Origin: Eledone cirrhosa
Lineage: Eukaryota
Length of the DNA stretch: 64,000 nucleotides
Direction of reading: 5' to 3'
NCBI GenBank assembly: GCA_964016885.1
Contig: OZ024742.1
Span: forward strand, 263,500,001-263,564,000
In this document: in pieces, positions 27,756 through 42,139 of the stretch
How the letters are laid out: each line of letters starts with the position of its first letter
Numbering within the stretch: the stretch's first letter is position 1
Translations under genes and position numbers: made by a program
The notes under the pieces: generated by a model
Told to the model about the DNA's origin: nothing
What the model saw: only the letters and a program-made list of their open reading frames with translations
Databases searched by the model: none

Positions 27756-28112
27756 TGAGCACTCCGTTCTTTACAGTAACTTTATTTCCTCAGCGCTTCG
27801 TAAAAGCCAGAGAGATCGGCTTCGTATACACGATATTTGTTGACATTTAAAAGCTGCGATTCAGCTATCTAATTTAAGACAGTAAGAGATGTCATGCTTA
27901 ATGGTTTAAAGCGCCTAGCCGGTAGCCGGGAAGTATGGGGTTCGATTCCTTATAACGGCCGATAACAATTTCTTTTTCCATCTTTAAGGGTTTTCACCAT
28001 ACTTTATAAGCTATTTTATAGCATCCCCGAACCTGAGCACTCCATTCTTTATATTAACTTTATTTCCTCAGCGCTTCATAAAAGTCCGAGAGATCGGCTT
28101 CGTTTATACGAT
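27756..28112 (+). mobile_element. Partial tandem element (period 278 bp) with internal tRNA-like Pol III promoter, flanked by microsatellites
   Basis: 27756-27833 is repeated at 28034-28112. A-box-like TGCTTAATGG at 27895 and B box GGTTCGATTCC at 27939-27949. Confidence 0.7.
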
Positions 28113-28120
28113 ATATATAT

Positions 28121-28290
<170 letters not shown>

Positions 28291-29149
28291 GCACATATAT
28301 ATCTATGCATACATATGTATGTACATAACATACAGTTGGATGTATAGCCTAGGATAAAACATGGGATACAAGTAGGTCATCTTTCAATAATTACATCTCT
28401 ACTGCTCTATTTGTCTCAAAATAACCAACCATTTGATAAATTCTTTCCCACGTTATTGCAAACAATTAATCACCTTCCCAATCTTAGTACTATCAGTTAT
28501 CTCACTCACTACGATGAACCTCAATTGCTTTCGGCGATGAGTGTTCCAGGTTTTCAATGAACGGAACGGCTTGCTCGTGAATTAATTTGTAAGAGGCTGA
28601 GCAATCCGCAGACACATGTGCCTTCCAAACAGTGTAGACTCTTCCCAATGTCACTCTGAAGGCTATGATAAATAACACTTGTCCACGATACCATGTAGTG
28701 GTATCGAACGCTGAACCTAATGATAATGAAACGAAATCTCCAACCATTCAGCTATGTTTCGACCACTATCTCTAGCCACACGCATACACACCGAGGCTGA
28801 TATATACACACGTGTGTTCGTCTTCTGTCAGTTCTAAAGACAAGTATCTAGTTGTTTGACCAATGAACAGACTGTTTGTGAAATGTATGTGCAAATGATT
28901 GAACATTCCACAGACACATGTACCCTTAACGTTGTTCTTAGGGAGATTCAACGTAACATAGTATATGACAATGCTGGCTCTTTGAATGACAGGTATAACT
29001 AATGTTTTCCAGCTGAGTTGACTGGACACAAAGCATCCTTGTGAAGCAAACTCATGGCCTTATGATTGTGAACCAAATAACTTAACCACTAAGCCACGTG
29101 TACACACACATACATGTAGTTGTTATTAAAGATTCCGTTTGGAACGGAA

Positions 29150-29310
29150 CGAACCACAATTAAAGTAAGGTACTCAATACATTGAGTAAATAGGATAAGT
29201 TTATTGAAACGGGACTCATACAAGACCAGTACTGTTTCCTTCGTAAAGAATTCACCTGAGTGTAAAATGAAACTGAAGAAACGGAACTAGTTTTGTAAAA
29301 GTCACATTTC

Positions 29311-29312
<2 letters not shown>
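29150..29312. mobile_element. Decayed fold-back element related to 36281-36432
   Basis: Shares aagtaaggtactcaatacat with 36285-36303; has imperfect arms ttgaaacgggactcatacaagaccagtactgtttc / gaaacggaactagttttgtaaaagtcacatttcaa. Confidence 0.55.
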
Positions 29313-29367
<55 letters not shown>

Positions 29368-29368
29368 G

Positions 29369-29490
<122 letters not shown>

Positions 29491-30229
29491 AACTAAAATT
29501 ACGGCTTTCATTCACAATCCATGACGGCTTCGTACCACCATGTTTCATGCTTTCGATAATCGATTTAGGTGTCCATCGAACACCAAGGAGACACATACAT
29601 TCACCCTTGGCCTTTAATTCTTCACCAACTAGAACATACAGGATGTGACATAAAAAGAGAGAGAGGGTGGGGAACTGTGCCAGCAGACGTTTTCAAGGTA
29701 GAAGAGTGACCAATATGGAGAGAAGAAGATAGACATGGGCTAATGGTAGATGTCTAATGGTATGTGTTTAATAGTATGGCATTGATCATATGACTGATTA
29801 TATGACTAGGATAATATAGGTTTTATTATATGGGTCTGGTTATATGGCTTGGATATTGGTTTAAATGGCATGGATCAACCAATAAATATATGCCATGGGT
29901 CTTATGGAGTGGTTTTATTGTTACGAGGAAGGGTGTTAATATAGAACAGAGAGTAATATACAGAGAGGTATTTACATAGGATAATGGTATAAGTTTAATG
30001 GTATGGGGTGAGTTCTAATCTAGCGGAGATGCAGGAATCAAGGAAATAGACATGAGTTAAAGGATTTAACGGCTACAGAGACAGAGGAAAATATTTTATG
30101 AGGAAGGTATTTAATTGTTAACAGGGGAAGATTATGGTATAAATCTAATTGCGTGGGTTATAATGGGTTGGGTCTAATTTAAAGGCGACAAGTAACCAAC
30201 AGTCAACAGTCCTACCCACGCAACCGCTT

Positions 30230-31340
30230 AATTTGTTGCGAGTTACAATAGAAAATGAAAAATATTAGGAGAGGTTGTCCTTGGAAAAAAAAAAAATGAT
30301 CAACAGAATATTTAAACGATTTAAGATCATACCCAACGAGAAACAAGAAGGCAGAGAGTTCCGTAAGATGCTCACAAAAAGAAAGCTCATCGAGAGGATA
30401 CAACGATAATGAAAGGAGAGTTGTGGTAGAGAGACCAATTTACAGTAACTTAATTAGGAGAAGGAACAGGTGAAAAAAGTTCGGCAGAACAATGACTATG
30501 AAAGCATATATTGCATAGAGATAAACAATCAATGTCCCGGTGATAGGAGAGGAACTGAAGTTTATTTGCCAAGGCAGGACTAACCATATTAGAAACCCAA
30601 TTTTAAATTCGATCACGGAAAGAATATTGGCAGAGGCACCAGACAGCTATGACGGCAGTATTTCATATTAGGGCAAATAAGAGACTTATAAATATGAACA
30701 ATACACTCGGAGTAAAGATAATAAAGAGCTCAAAACAGAGAACCAGTCATAGCTGCCTTTGTGGCAATATATTTAATATAATTATTCTAAGTTAAGTCTT
30801 TAGAAAAAGTTAAACCTAAAAGACAACGACTAGAAGACTCAGGAACAAAACAAATATCAAATGCCATCCGAGTTCCTGTATTGATTAGTGTAAAGAAGCT
30901 TAGTTTTTGTGGAGTTGATAGTAGTCAGCTACTGGACACTCGAACCAATTACTGAACGTAAATCAAGCTCAAGAGAGCCAACCATTTCCACTTGATCAAA
31001 CAAATCATATTTCTCATCAAAGTAAGAATACAAAGAGGTTATTAGCAAAGATAGAATGTTTAGATGTGTTATCACCCAGAATATAATAATAACGAGATAA
31101 AAAAAAAGAACAGAACTTTGAAGAACACCACAGAAAAGTGATAAGCATTTAAAACAATTTGATTGCTGCGTTCTTCCAGGAAAGATTCAAGAATCATAAG
31201 AATCAATCTTGAAATTCCATCTGACTTTAGCTTGTGGAGGAGACAAGCAGGACAAATGCTATCAAATGCTTTCGATATATCTAGGGCAATAATACTTGCT
31301 CGTCATAGTTATCTAAAATACAATAGATTCATGTAATAAC
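30230..31340 (-). pseudogene. Decayed non-LTR retrotransposon RT (CR1/L2/Jockey-group-like)
   Basis: Reverse complement of 31261-31293 encodes IIALDISKAFD (RT motif); many stops; interrupted by SINEs. Confidence 0.6.
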
Positions 31341-31347
31341 TGCAGTT

Positions 31348-32318
31348 ATAATTGTTTCTACATTTGGCACAAGGCTAGCAATTACCCAGTACATTACTGG
31401 TACTTTATTTTATCGACTCCGTAAGGCAAAGTTAACCTCGGCGGGATTTGAACTCAGTTCGTAAAGGGACGTAACTCTTTGCTGGAAAGCATGGCGTCCG
31501 ACTCTCTACCGATACTACCAATCCACCGTCAGTAATAATCGTTTCTACTTTTGGCACAAGGCCAGCAATTACACAATGCATTACTGGTACTTTATTTTAT
31601 CGACCCCGTAAGGATGAAAGGCAAAGTTAACCTCGGCGGGATTTGAACTCAGAATGGCAAGGGACGTAACTCTATGTGGCCCTGAAGTACATAAATCATA
31701 GAGTTTGTCAGAAAACCGACAGGGTGATTTAAATTGCAAGGAGAGTAACTTGGCTGACCATAGAGTCAAAGAGTTTGTTAACTGTTGGAAGAATGTTGAT
31801 TGGGTAGTAGCTACGAGGATCAGAATGTCTACCAAAGGTTTTGAAAACAGGAATAACAGAAATTCAGCAGACTGTAAAGGAAGACTCAGCTAAGCAGTTA
31901 TTAAATGGTTTTGAAAGAACAGAAGAAACTTTAGAACATTATCAGTACAAAGCAGTAGTCGTATAAGCATTGAGTTTAGAAATTAGCATCACCACAGGTT
32001 TAGTGGGATAAGTGTTTAATAAAGTGGGCCTATAGGTATTGGGGTTTAATAGTTTAAATCTACAGGAATGAAACTAATAGCATTGGTCTAATAGTTGATG
32101 CATTGATTAGCTCCAGGTTATGCCTGATTGAGTAGACATATAATTTTTTCTATATTTGGCACAAAGCCAGCAATTACCCCGGTGTATTACTGGTACTTTA
32201 TTTTATCGACCCCGTAAGGATGAAAGGCAAAGTTAACCTCGGCGGGATTTGAACTCAGATCATAAATAGCCGTAACTCTATGCTGCAAAGCATGGCGTCC
32301 GACCCTCTACCGATATAA
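31348..32318 (-). mobile_element. Cluster of three tRNA-derived SINEs with Nin/Deu-type domain (31348-31530, 31535-31676, 32140-32318)
   Basis: Minus-strand B box GAGTTCAAATCC, central GCCTTTCATCCTTACGGGGTCGATAAAATAAAGTACCAG, tail GTAGAAACAATT(ATT)n. Confidence 0.8.
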
Positions 32319-32454
32319 TGAAAAGTGTTCAAATCGGGACGTACGGCTAAACAATAACAACAACATTTAAAAAAAAGTAAATTTAGCAGAATTTGGATTT
32401 TAACTGGTTGGGAGTCATTACAGATTATGGTTGTAAGATACATAATGCATTCCG

Positions 32455-32503
<49 letters not shown>

Positions 32504-32674
32504 ATATTTATTCATTTTAATGCAGGGACACATATCAAAGAATCAAAGATAGTGGCAGGGAAATGAAAGAAGGGAAGATCCTACAACCACAAGATGCAAT
32601 TAACATGTACAACAACAGCATTCACAATATAAACGACAACAAACAATAACCACGACAATAATCACTACTATCGT

Positions 32675-32724
<50 letters not shown>

Positions 32725-33029
32725 ATAATAATAATAATACTACTACTACTATAACTACTACCACTACTACAACTACTACAACAGCTGGTCTATCGTTCTT
32801 AAGAGGTTTTCTATAAGTAATGGTGAACGTGCGCTTGGTTGGTGCTGATTTTGAACATACATGCTGTAGGTGGTGTATGAGGATGTGAGGAATGGTGTAG
32901 AGATGTAATGGTTCAATGCAAGAAGAATGCAACAATAAAAACAAAAAATCATTTAAATAATAACAACAACAACAACAACAACAGCAACAACAACAACAAC
33001 AGCAACAACAACAACAACAATAATAATAA

Positions 33030-33448
33030 TAATAATTGTTTCTACTTTAGACACAAGGCCAACAATTTGATGGAGAGGGGAAAGTCGATTAAATCGACCA
33101 CAGTGCAATACTGGTGCTTTATTTATCGACCCCGTAGAGATGAAAGGCAAAGCTAACCTTGGCGGGTTAGAACTCAGAAGGTAAAGGGACGTAACTCTAT
33201 AACTCAAAGCATGTTGTCCGACGCTCTACCGATATTGCCAATCCACCGCCTTTAATAATAATTGTTTCTACTTTTGGCACAAGGCCAGCAATTACCCAGT
33301 GCATTACTGGTACTTTATTTTATCGACCCCGTAAGGATGAAAGGCAAAGTTAACCTCGGCGGGATTTGAACTCAGAATGGCAGGGGCCGTAACTCTATGC
33401 GTCAAAGCATGGCGTCCGACCCTCTACCGATACTGCCAATCCACCGCT
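33030..33448 (-). mobile_element. Two tandem full-length copies of the same SINE
   Basis: Same motifs; heads end at caatccaccgcc (33250) and caatccaccgc (33448); embedded in AAT/AAC repeats. Confidence 0.85.
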
Positions 33449-34017
33449 TTTAATAATAATAAGAATAAGAAGAATGGACCGACAACAACAACAACAACAG
33501 CAGCAACAACAATAACAATAATAGCATTATCATCATCAACAACAGCAACAGCAACAACGACAACAGTAATAATTTCTCAGATAGACCCATGTCAACAAAT
33601 ATGTACGATAGATGTGTAGTAGTATGAATGGCAATTGATGCCTCCACACTACTATATCAATTGTACATTGGTACTGAATAGACGAAAGGCGTGGTCGACA
33701 CCTGCAGGGTTTCAACATAGAACATTGAACATGTAACAAATGTTGCAAGGCATTCTGTCGACCGCTCTACTAATTATGCCATCAACAACATCAACAATAT
33801 CAACAATATCAACAACATCAACAATATCAACAACATCAACAATATCAACAATATCAACAACATCAACAATATCAACAACATCAACAATATCAACAACATC
33901 TACAACAAAAATGTCCATACCAACAACAATAACAATAACTATAACAATTTCCATACCAACAGCACCAGTAACAAGAACGTAGCAACATATATAACAATAA
34001 CCTAAACAACAAGAGTA

Positions 34018-34072
<55 letters not shown>

Positions 34073-34073
<1 letters not shown>

Positions 34074-34269
34074 CGAAGGAAATGTGGTAAGGAACCAGGT
34101 GGACCATAATGCACCAAAGTACTCAATACTTAGGGTAGTAGAGTGGGTAATAGGAACGAGTAGGACCCCGACAGCTGAGCTCAAGCCGTTTCGACGGCTA
34201 ATTCTGGACTCTGAGTCCAGAATTAGCCGTCGAAACGGCTTGAGCTCAGCCGTCGGGGTCCTACTCGTT

Positions 34270-34274
<5 letters not shown>
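34073..34274. mobile_element. Fold-back element with the 3' half of a hammerhead on both arms
   Basis: 34150-34211 / 34213-34274 are inverted. GAAA-CGGCT tgagctc AGCCG-TC-GGGGTCC gives stem III and a GUC triplet. The longer left arm has GTACTCAA at 34119. (TA)n on both flanks. Confidence 0.8.
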
Positions 34275-34305
<31 letters not shown>

Positions 34306-34319
34306 TTTCGAATATCTAA

Positions 34320-34380
<61 letters not shown>

Positions 34381-34384
<4 letters not shown>

Positions 34385-34905
34385 TTTCGAATATCTAAAG
34401 ATATACGGTTGTCTATACATTTCGAACTTAAATGGTGCTGATCAGGACAATGCTTCACCCGGCTTACTGCTGAACTTTGAGACAGGCGAAAATATATAGT
34501 TTTTTCGCCTGTGTAGGTGGGATGATTATCCTCATTTGCATGCGAAGCTGTATAAGTTGGTTCAACTTAAAATAGAATTAAAATTTAGCTTCGACATAGC
34601 TGTATACATGTATATGAATTTCGTATATCTAAAGATATACAGTATTTTTAATAAATAAACATTTTGAAAGCCCTGTTATGAATAGAAAGCTGATGGTCAG
34701 CGCCGTCTAGCGCAATTCAGCAGTAGCAGCGGGGGATAATTGTCTACGCATTTCCTACTTAAATGGTTCTCATCAGGACAATGCTTCCCATCCTTACTGC
34801 TGAACTTTGAAACAGGCAAAAATATATAGATTTTTAGCCTGTGTAGGCGGGCTGATTAGCCTCATTTGCATACGAAGCTGCATAAGTTAGCTCAACTTAA
34901 AACAA
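34381..34905 (-). mobile_element. Partial tandem (period 331 bp) retrozyme-like element, family B, with two hammerhead copies and two octamers
   Basis: 34409-34570 is repeated at 34740-34900. Minus-strand hammerheads at 34409-34450 and 34740-34781; ATTTGCAT at 34534 and 34864. Confidence 0.75.
34740..34781 (-). ncRNA. Hammerhead motif, family B (partly decayed)
   Basis: TTGTC-CTGATGA-GAACCATTTAAGTAG-GAAA-TGCG-TA-GACAA. The sister copy reads TTGTC-CTGATCA-GCACCATTTAAGTTC-GAAA-TGTA-TA-GACAA; the consensus restores stem II GAAC/GTTC. Confidence 0.7.
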
Positions 34906-34982
34906 TTTGATTGGTATCTACTATACTGTGGCTACAACTTTAATTTATACCTATTATAAATATATATATATATAAATATATA

Positions 34983-35129
34983 ACCGCATGGAGAAAAGAG
35001 TACTCATTACCGAAGTAGAGCTTAAATATTCATTTTATTAAGGCTAAATAGTGAGGTTTGTTTCTCCGGAGAAGCAGGTGAAATCCCAGAGTAACAAGAT
35101 TTACTATTTAGCCTTAATAAAATGAATAT
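34983..35129. mobile_element. Small fold-back element with decayed centre
   Basis: atattcattttattaaggctaaatagt / actatttagccttaataaaatgaatat arms; GTACTCA at 35000; TA flanks. Confidence 0.65.
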
Positions 35130-35136
35130 ATATATA

Positions 35137-35204
35137 GTACTGGTTTAGTTCGGATCTAGCTGTCGAAACGTCCTGAGCTCAGCCGTCGGGGTCCTGACTC
35201 TTTT

Positions 35205-35208
<4 letters not shown>
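35137..35208 (+). mobile_element. Truncated relative of the 34073-34274 element
   Basis: gtcgaaacgtcctgagctcagccgtcggggtcct, between TA tracts. Confidence 0.7.
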
Positions 35209-35240
<32 letters not shown>

Positions 35241-35242
<2 letters not shown>

Positions 35243-35876
35243 GTTAGTGAATAATAATGATAATATTATAATAATTGTTTCTACAATTGGCACAAGGCCA
35301 GCAATTACCAGCAATTATCCCGGCGGGATTTGAACTCAGATCATAAAGGGACGTAACTCTATGCTTCAAAGCATGGTGTTCGACTCTCTACCGATACTGC
35401 CAATCCTTATAATAATTGTTTCTACTTTAGGCACAAGGACAGCAATTACCAGTGCATTACTGGTACTTTATTTTATCGACCCCGTAAGGATGAAAGGCAA
35501 AGTCAACCTCGGCGGGATTTGAACTCAAACCGTAAAGGGACGTAACTATGCTGGAAAGCATGGCGTCCGACCCTCTACCGATACTGCCAATCCCCTTATA
35601 ATAATATCATATTATTAATATTCGGTTTGTTTACAAATAAACAACCGCATAAAACACCAGTTCCAGCGGGTAGCAAGCGAACAGAATATACAATCTTCAC
35701 AAGGAGCAAAACAATTGTCAATTGTCGATTGTTTCATTTCAGCTACCGCTGGACCAAAGGGATGACGTTGCCATTTACCAGATAGTGTTTTATTAGGCTG
35801 TTTACTTGTAAACAAACAGAATATTGATAATATTATGATATTATTATATTATTATTACTATTATTCACTCACGAAT
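35241..35876. mobile_element. Older fold-back element, distant relative of family A, split by SINE insertions
   Basis: Ends tcgttagtgaataata / tattattcactcacga; inner arms aatattcggtttgtttacaaataaacaacc / ggctgtttacttgtaaacaaacagaatatt; decayed acaatc...AAACAATTGTC...gattgt core. Confidence 0.6.
35270..35595 (-). mobile_element. Two SINE copies (first internally deleted) nested in the left arm of a fold-back element
   Basis: Same SINE motifs, inserted in a TAA-rich stretch. Confidence 0.8.
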
Positions 35877-36035
35877 ATATTTAGGCATTCACCACGTTAA
35901 GAGCGAAAACAAATATTTTGTTATATATATATATATATAGAATAAGGAAAAGCGAAGTATATATATATATATATAAAACAAAATATTTGGTGACTAAGCT
36001 TGGTAGAGCTTATATTCAGCACTATATTTTTTATT

Positions 36036-36095
36036 TATTACGCCCTGAGGATTCCTGCCCCACGGTATGGATGAAACATTGTTAGCGAATAAAAA
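36036..36095 (+). ncRNA. Hammerhead-like motif (degenerate stem I)
   Basis: tattacgcc-CTGAGGA-TTCCTGCC ccac GGTATGGAT-GAAA-CATTG-TT-agcgaata, inside a TA-flanked insert at 35975-36235. Confidence 0.55.
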
Positions 36096-36249
36096 TTGTA
36101 TAAGTATGTAGACGTTCTTTGATTTATTTTATCTATAACGGCGCTGTTTCGTACATTGAGCTAATACGATACTGTCACAAATATGACACTGTGCAGATGT
36201 GCTTATACACATATGCTCCGTTGTCTACCTAAATAATATATATATATAA

Positions 36250-36530
<281 letters not shown>

Positions 36531-36577
36531 CATTTCTTTAGTTTTGATCTTTGATTTATAGAATGTACCATACTTAC

Positions 36578-36643
36578 ACAGGTGATGTCAGCTGACAGGT
36601 CTTGATTTCTCCTCGGTTCGGCATTTAAGGAATAGTCTAGTAG
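36578..36643 (-). other. Candidate 66-nt upstream exon of the giant-exon gene
   Basis: On the minus strand: tttctgtatttcctttaattccAG | 66 nt | GTAAGT. One frame is open (LLDYSLNAEPRRNQDLSADITC). Supported by splice signals only. Confidence 0.35.
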
Positions 36644-36827
36644 CTGGAATTAAAGGAAATACAGAAACACAAGGTAGTGATTCATTGTAATGAATATACA
36701 TACAGCTAATGGTACTCTGTATGTGATATGTATGTGTATAAAGATATACAGTTTAACATACACATACGCATTCGCTTTCATATCCACACGCACATTTGTT
36801 TATTTATATGACATGGATATATATATA

Positions 36828-37694
<867 letters not shown>

Positions 37695-38080
37695 CCATAA
37701 AGAGAGACGAACACAGATATATACATATATGCGTTCAAATCACAAGGGACGTAGGGACGTAAACCGCCAGGCTGAAGCGAATCCTGCCTAAAGATAATAC
37801 GGTCGACAAGACTCAATTAAAAGGATTAATTAAGATTTACAAATCGATTATGAGAACTATGAAGATCCAGACATATTTGGGTAGAACTGTTTCACAAATC
37901 AGTGGAGAAAGTTAAAGACCCCCATGCCCTTCAGTGGCTGTTCCGATCAGTAATCACTCTGCCACTAATTTCCTTAAAAAACTAAATAATTTGTTTGTTA
38001 AGAGAGAGAAATCGCACATGGTATCGCGTGCCTAGCGAATCGAATAGAGCGTAAGCTATTAAAGAATAGTGTGTGTATGT

Positions 38081-38175
<95 letters not shown>

Positions 38176-38515
38176 CAAATGATCGAAGAAATCCACAATT
38201 AAAATAGAACTGAATGTTAAGAGCAATATAAGTTTAATTTGTTCTGCGTTTTCTTACAAAATAGACTATGGCCTCACCCAAGGAAACAATCTAGTAATCT
38301 GATGAGTTCGTTATATATCATTATTAGACGTAAAACAATCATAAAACAAATAGAAAGTTATGTCCAATAACGTAGCAAGGATGTGAATATGGAATAATAT
38401 AGGGGGAAAAGAGAAAACGAACAAAAACAAAACAAAGAAAAGAGGAAAGAAGTCATTAGTGACAAAACAAACAAACAAAAAACTAGTAGGCGATTTTATT
38501 TATTTAGATAGTAAA

Positions 38516-38547
<32 letters not shown>

Positions 38548-38759
38548 GACTCGTAACTCCTTGTGCAGTTGTAGGGACGTAGTAGTGACACAGTGTCTTG
38601 TGCATTTTAAACCTGACCTGACGGAGCCCGTCCCATCTCCAGGTCTGAACACAGTCGGTTTCTTCCAGAGGGATTAGCACACGAGAGAGAGGGGGGGGGG
38701 GGGAGAGGGGGGAGAGAAAGAGAGAGGGGGAGAAAGAGAGAGAGAGAGAGAAAGCGGCA

Positions 38760-38928
38760 TTTGAGGCAGAATCGGTCTCAGTACTGGACTAGTACTTTTT
38801 TTTATCGACCTCGAAAAGGTGAAAGGGAATTGATTTAGGCGAGATTTGAACTCAGAATGCTGAAAACCGGAACGAATACTGCAACACATTCTATCGGACG
38901 TTCTATCAACTCTGTTAATTCGCCGCCT
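38760..38928 (-). mobile_element. Diverged tRNA/Nin-type SINE
   Basis: ttttatcgacctcgaaaaggtgaaaggg...gagatttgaactcagaa...aattcgccgcct. Confidence 0.65.
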
Positions 38929-39856
38929 AATAACGCATATTATACCGGTACTTACCTCTCTCCCACTACACAACGTTTTTACCAACGATTCTACCAATTT
39001 GTCACCTTCGAAGGTATATATATGGTTTATATAAAGTTTACATATAGACATAGTTGGCTCTCGATCGTAAGATCGTGAGCCCAATTTCCGGCGGCCATTT
39101 GTGCCATTGACGAAGACATTTTATTTTGCGTAGCTCCTGTTGACTCAGCTGGAAAAAAAATGAGTTGTACCTGTAATTCAAAGAGCCAGCCTTGTCACCC
39201 ACTGTGACGCTAAGTCTTATTGTGGGCTAGTTTAAAGAAATATGCACCTGTGGAATGTTCAGTTACTCGCGTATTAATTTCACAAGCAGACTGTTTCGTT
39301 GATCAATCAACTGGAGCACATACCATTGAACAGTTATAGAGACTTTCCATACATTTTTCCTGACAATCGAAATATTTCAGTGTAGAACATAGTGGAATAA
39401 TGATAATTGAAACGCTTGAACTAATATTTCTTAAAAATATATAATGCAGGCAACATCACTATTTGATTATGAGACTGTCACATTGCCAACTATGCTACAT
39501 CATATTTATAGTGTAGTGGTTCTTATATGTATATACGTATATCTATAAATTTATCTTATATATAAACGCACACACACACATATATAAAATTTCTGTATGT
39601 ATGTTGCTCTGGTTTATAATTTTATACATTTTTATCAATAGAGAGACAGTCGGTTTCTATCATAGACACAATACTCTTTCATTGTGTGTGCAGATATGGA
39701 TGTTACTGTGTGTGGATGTGTATGTTTTGAATTATGTGTGCATGTGTATATGTTTTATATATGTACATGCAGTTATTGGATGCAGAAATTTTGGAATGTT
39801 TTACATACTTTTACTGTTCCATTAATGGATTGTATTTGTATTTTCCTAACTAGTCG

Positions 39857-39888
<32 letters not shown>

Positions 39889-40109
39889 TGTATGTATGTA
39901 TGTATGTATGTATGTATGTATGGATGGATGGATGTATGTATGTATGTTCTTCTGGTTTTATAATTTCGCAAATGTTTGCCAATAGAAAGAGGGTCGGTTT
40001 CTAACATAGACACAAGACTCTCTCATTGGAATTTACACAACATCAACTAGGTAGATATGTATGTATGTCCGCATGCATGCATGTGCAGGAATGGATGTTA
40101 TTGTATATT

Positions 40110-40482
40110 ATTCGCCTGAATCTTCGAGCCCTTCTTTCAGTGCTTCTGCAACGGCGCTTGAGATGGTTTGGTCACGCAGCCCGGCGCCCTGAGGGTGAGC
40201 TGATCCGCGATGTTCTCCTCCCACCTCCACTCCCTAACTGGCGCATGCGCGTTGGCGTGCAGCTGAAGACCTGGGCAACGACGATCAGGGAGGACCTCTC
40301 CGAACTCTCAGGTCCGCAGGTGGTCAGCCTGCGCCGATGGAACCGTGACTGGCTCGCTATCTCCAGTGACCTAGCCCGGGACCGTCGTGCGTGGGCTGCC
40401 ATGGTTCGGGATGCCGTCAGGACAAGGGAAGAAGCTGGCTCAACCCGTCCAGGGTGAATGTCGACACAAGTACAAGTAAGTA
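40110..40482 (+). mobile_element. 3' end of an RTE-clade LINE
   Basis: GC-rich island encoding QRRLRWFGHAARR...LKTWATTIREDL...LARDRRAWAAMV, then a (CAAGTA)n-like tail. Confidence 0.8.
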
Positions 40483-42073
40483 GTACAGGCATTGCGCGAT
40501 AGAATTATTAATAATGGTATATCGTGCAATGGCCATACTCTATAACGAGGGGGAAGCCATCATGTATGTATGCATGTATGTACAGGTCACCAGTTGGTGC
40601 TACTGGTAACATGACCCAGTACAACCTGTCTCATGGTCGGGTCGTTGGCGACTAAACTGGCAACCCCACCAAGTTTTCTTGGTGAGGAGGGTGACTTTGG
40701 ACATCCTGCAGGACTAAAAACAAAACATGTCAAAGGGCAAAGGAGCTCTTAAGAGTCAATGGCCATCCAAAATCACCAGGAGAGATGACCCCTTAGCCTT
40801 TGTCAGGGCAGAATTCTAGTAGAAGGAAAACTCTGATATAACACCTGCAACCCTGATGGTATCCAATGATGTTAACTTGTTCTTCTTTTTGGTAAATATC
40901 ATCTTGATTAAGAGAGTGGGACTGGCTTTGTGCAGTGCCTTTGCTCACTATAAAAGCTTCACAGCACAGGCATTGCTTTGTATCTGGAGATCTCTCTGCA
41001 CTTGTCGTCACATGGTACCATGGGCCCAGTACTATGTGTCAATAATTGTCACAAGTGTAGTATTTGTACCAGAGTTTTCAAGTCGCTGGCTGGACTAAAA
41101 AGTCACACTCGTTCAGCGCATCGGTAGGGGTTCTCCTACATGGATATAAAGTAGTGGCCGTACTTGAAAACGAGTTGGCAGCCACCATGTATATGTATAT
41201 AAGTATATGTTCATGACTGTATGAAAGAATTTATATAAATTCTCAAGAACTGATATTTTAGCACCACAAATGCTATATTTATTGCACAGCGGAAAAGAAC
41301 AAAAACAATCTTTCTTCCAAATAAGAGAACGAGTGAAATTAATTACGACAGACTAGTAGAAAAACCACCCATCGAGTGGTTTTCTGCTAGCATGTGTAAT
41401 GTGCATATTGATATTATGCGCAAATATATATGCATATATATATGATACATACAATAAAATCGTAATTGACAAGATACACAGAAATTGAACGAAGTCTGTG
41501 TTACACTCACTTCTGTAATCAGTAAAGTAATCCATGACACATTAAAAAAAGACAATATTATATATAAACTGCATATATGATAAACTAAAATGTTATGAAA
41601 ATGAAAAAGGAGAAAATTAGCGACGGAAATATAAACCTTATATAACGACGCAAATATATGAACGTTTATATGAGCGATGTGATGAATGCTATGATATAAC
41701 GGACGCTAACCGGAAGTATTGACATTTGAAAATTTTAAAGAAGTGAATGTTAAAATAAGCAATACTTTATGTATAAGAATATTTATGTTTAATGAAGAGC
41801 TACGAAATTTAGTAGATAAATTACATAATATTCATTTATTATTTATCCAACTTATTTTACTAACGGGATAAAAATGTATAAAACGGACGCTGTCCCGCAC
41901 TCTTACCTTTATCATATTACTAGACCACCCCTGACCCGTTGGGTCACATTCACTTCAAAATATAAAAAAAAATCATTTTCACTTAAAAACAGACGTGTAT
42001 ATAAGTGAAATGAAACTGGAAGGCCCATATATATATACGTGTGTGTATGTATATATATAAATATATATATGTA

Positions 42074-42114
<41 letters not shown>

Positions 42115-42139
42115 GTGGGTGTCTGTGATCTATATATAC

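Noticed and set aside
27890-27955. tRNA gene
   Set aside because: A/B boxes present but no convincing acceptor stem; part of a repeated element.
37866-37936. Minus-strand hammerhead-like CCA-CTGAAGG...GAAACA...TGTC-TGG
   Set aside because: Core mutated and stems short; probably a decayed member but not supportable alone.
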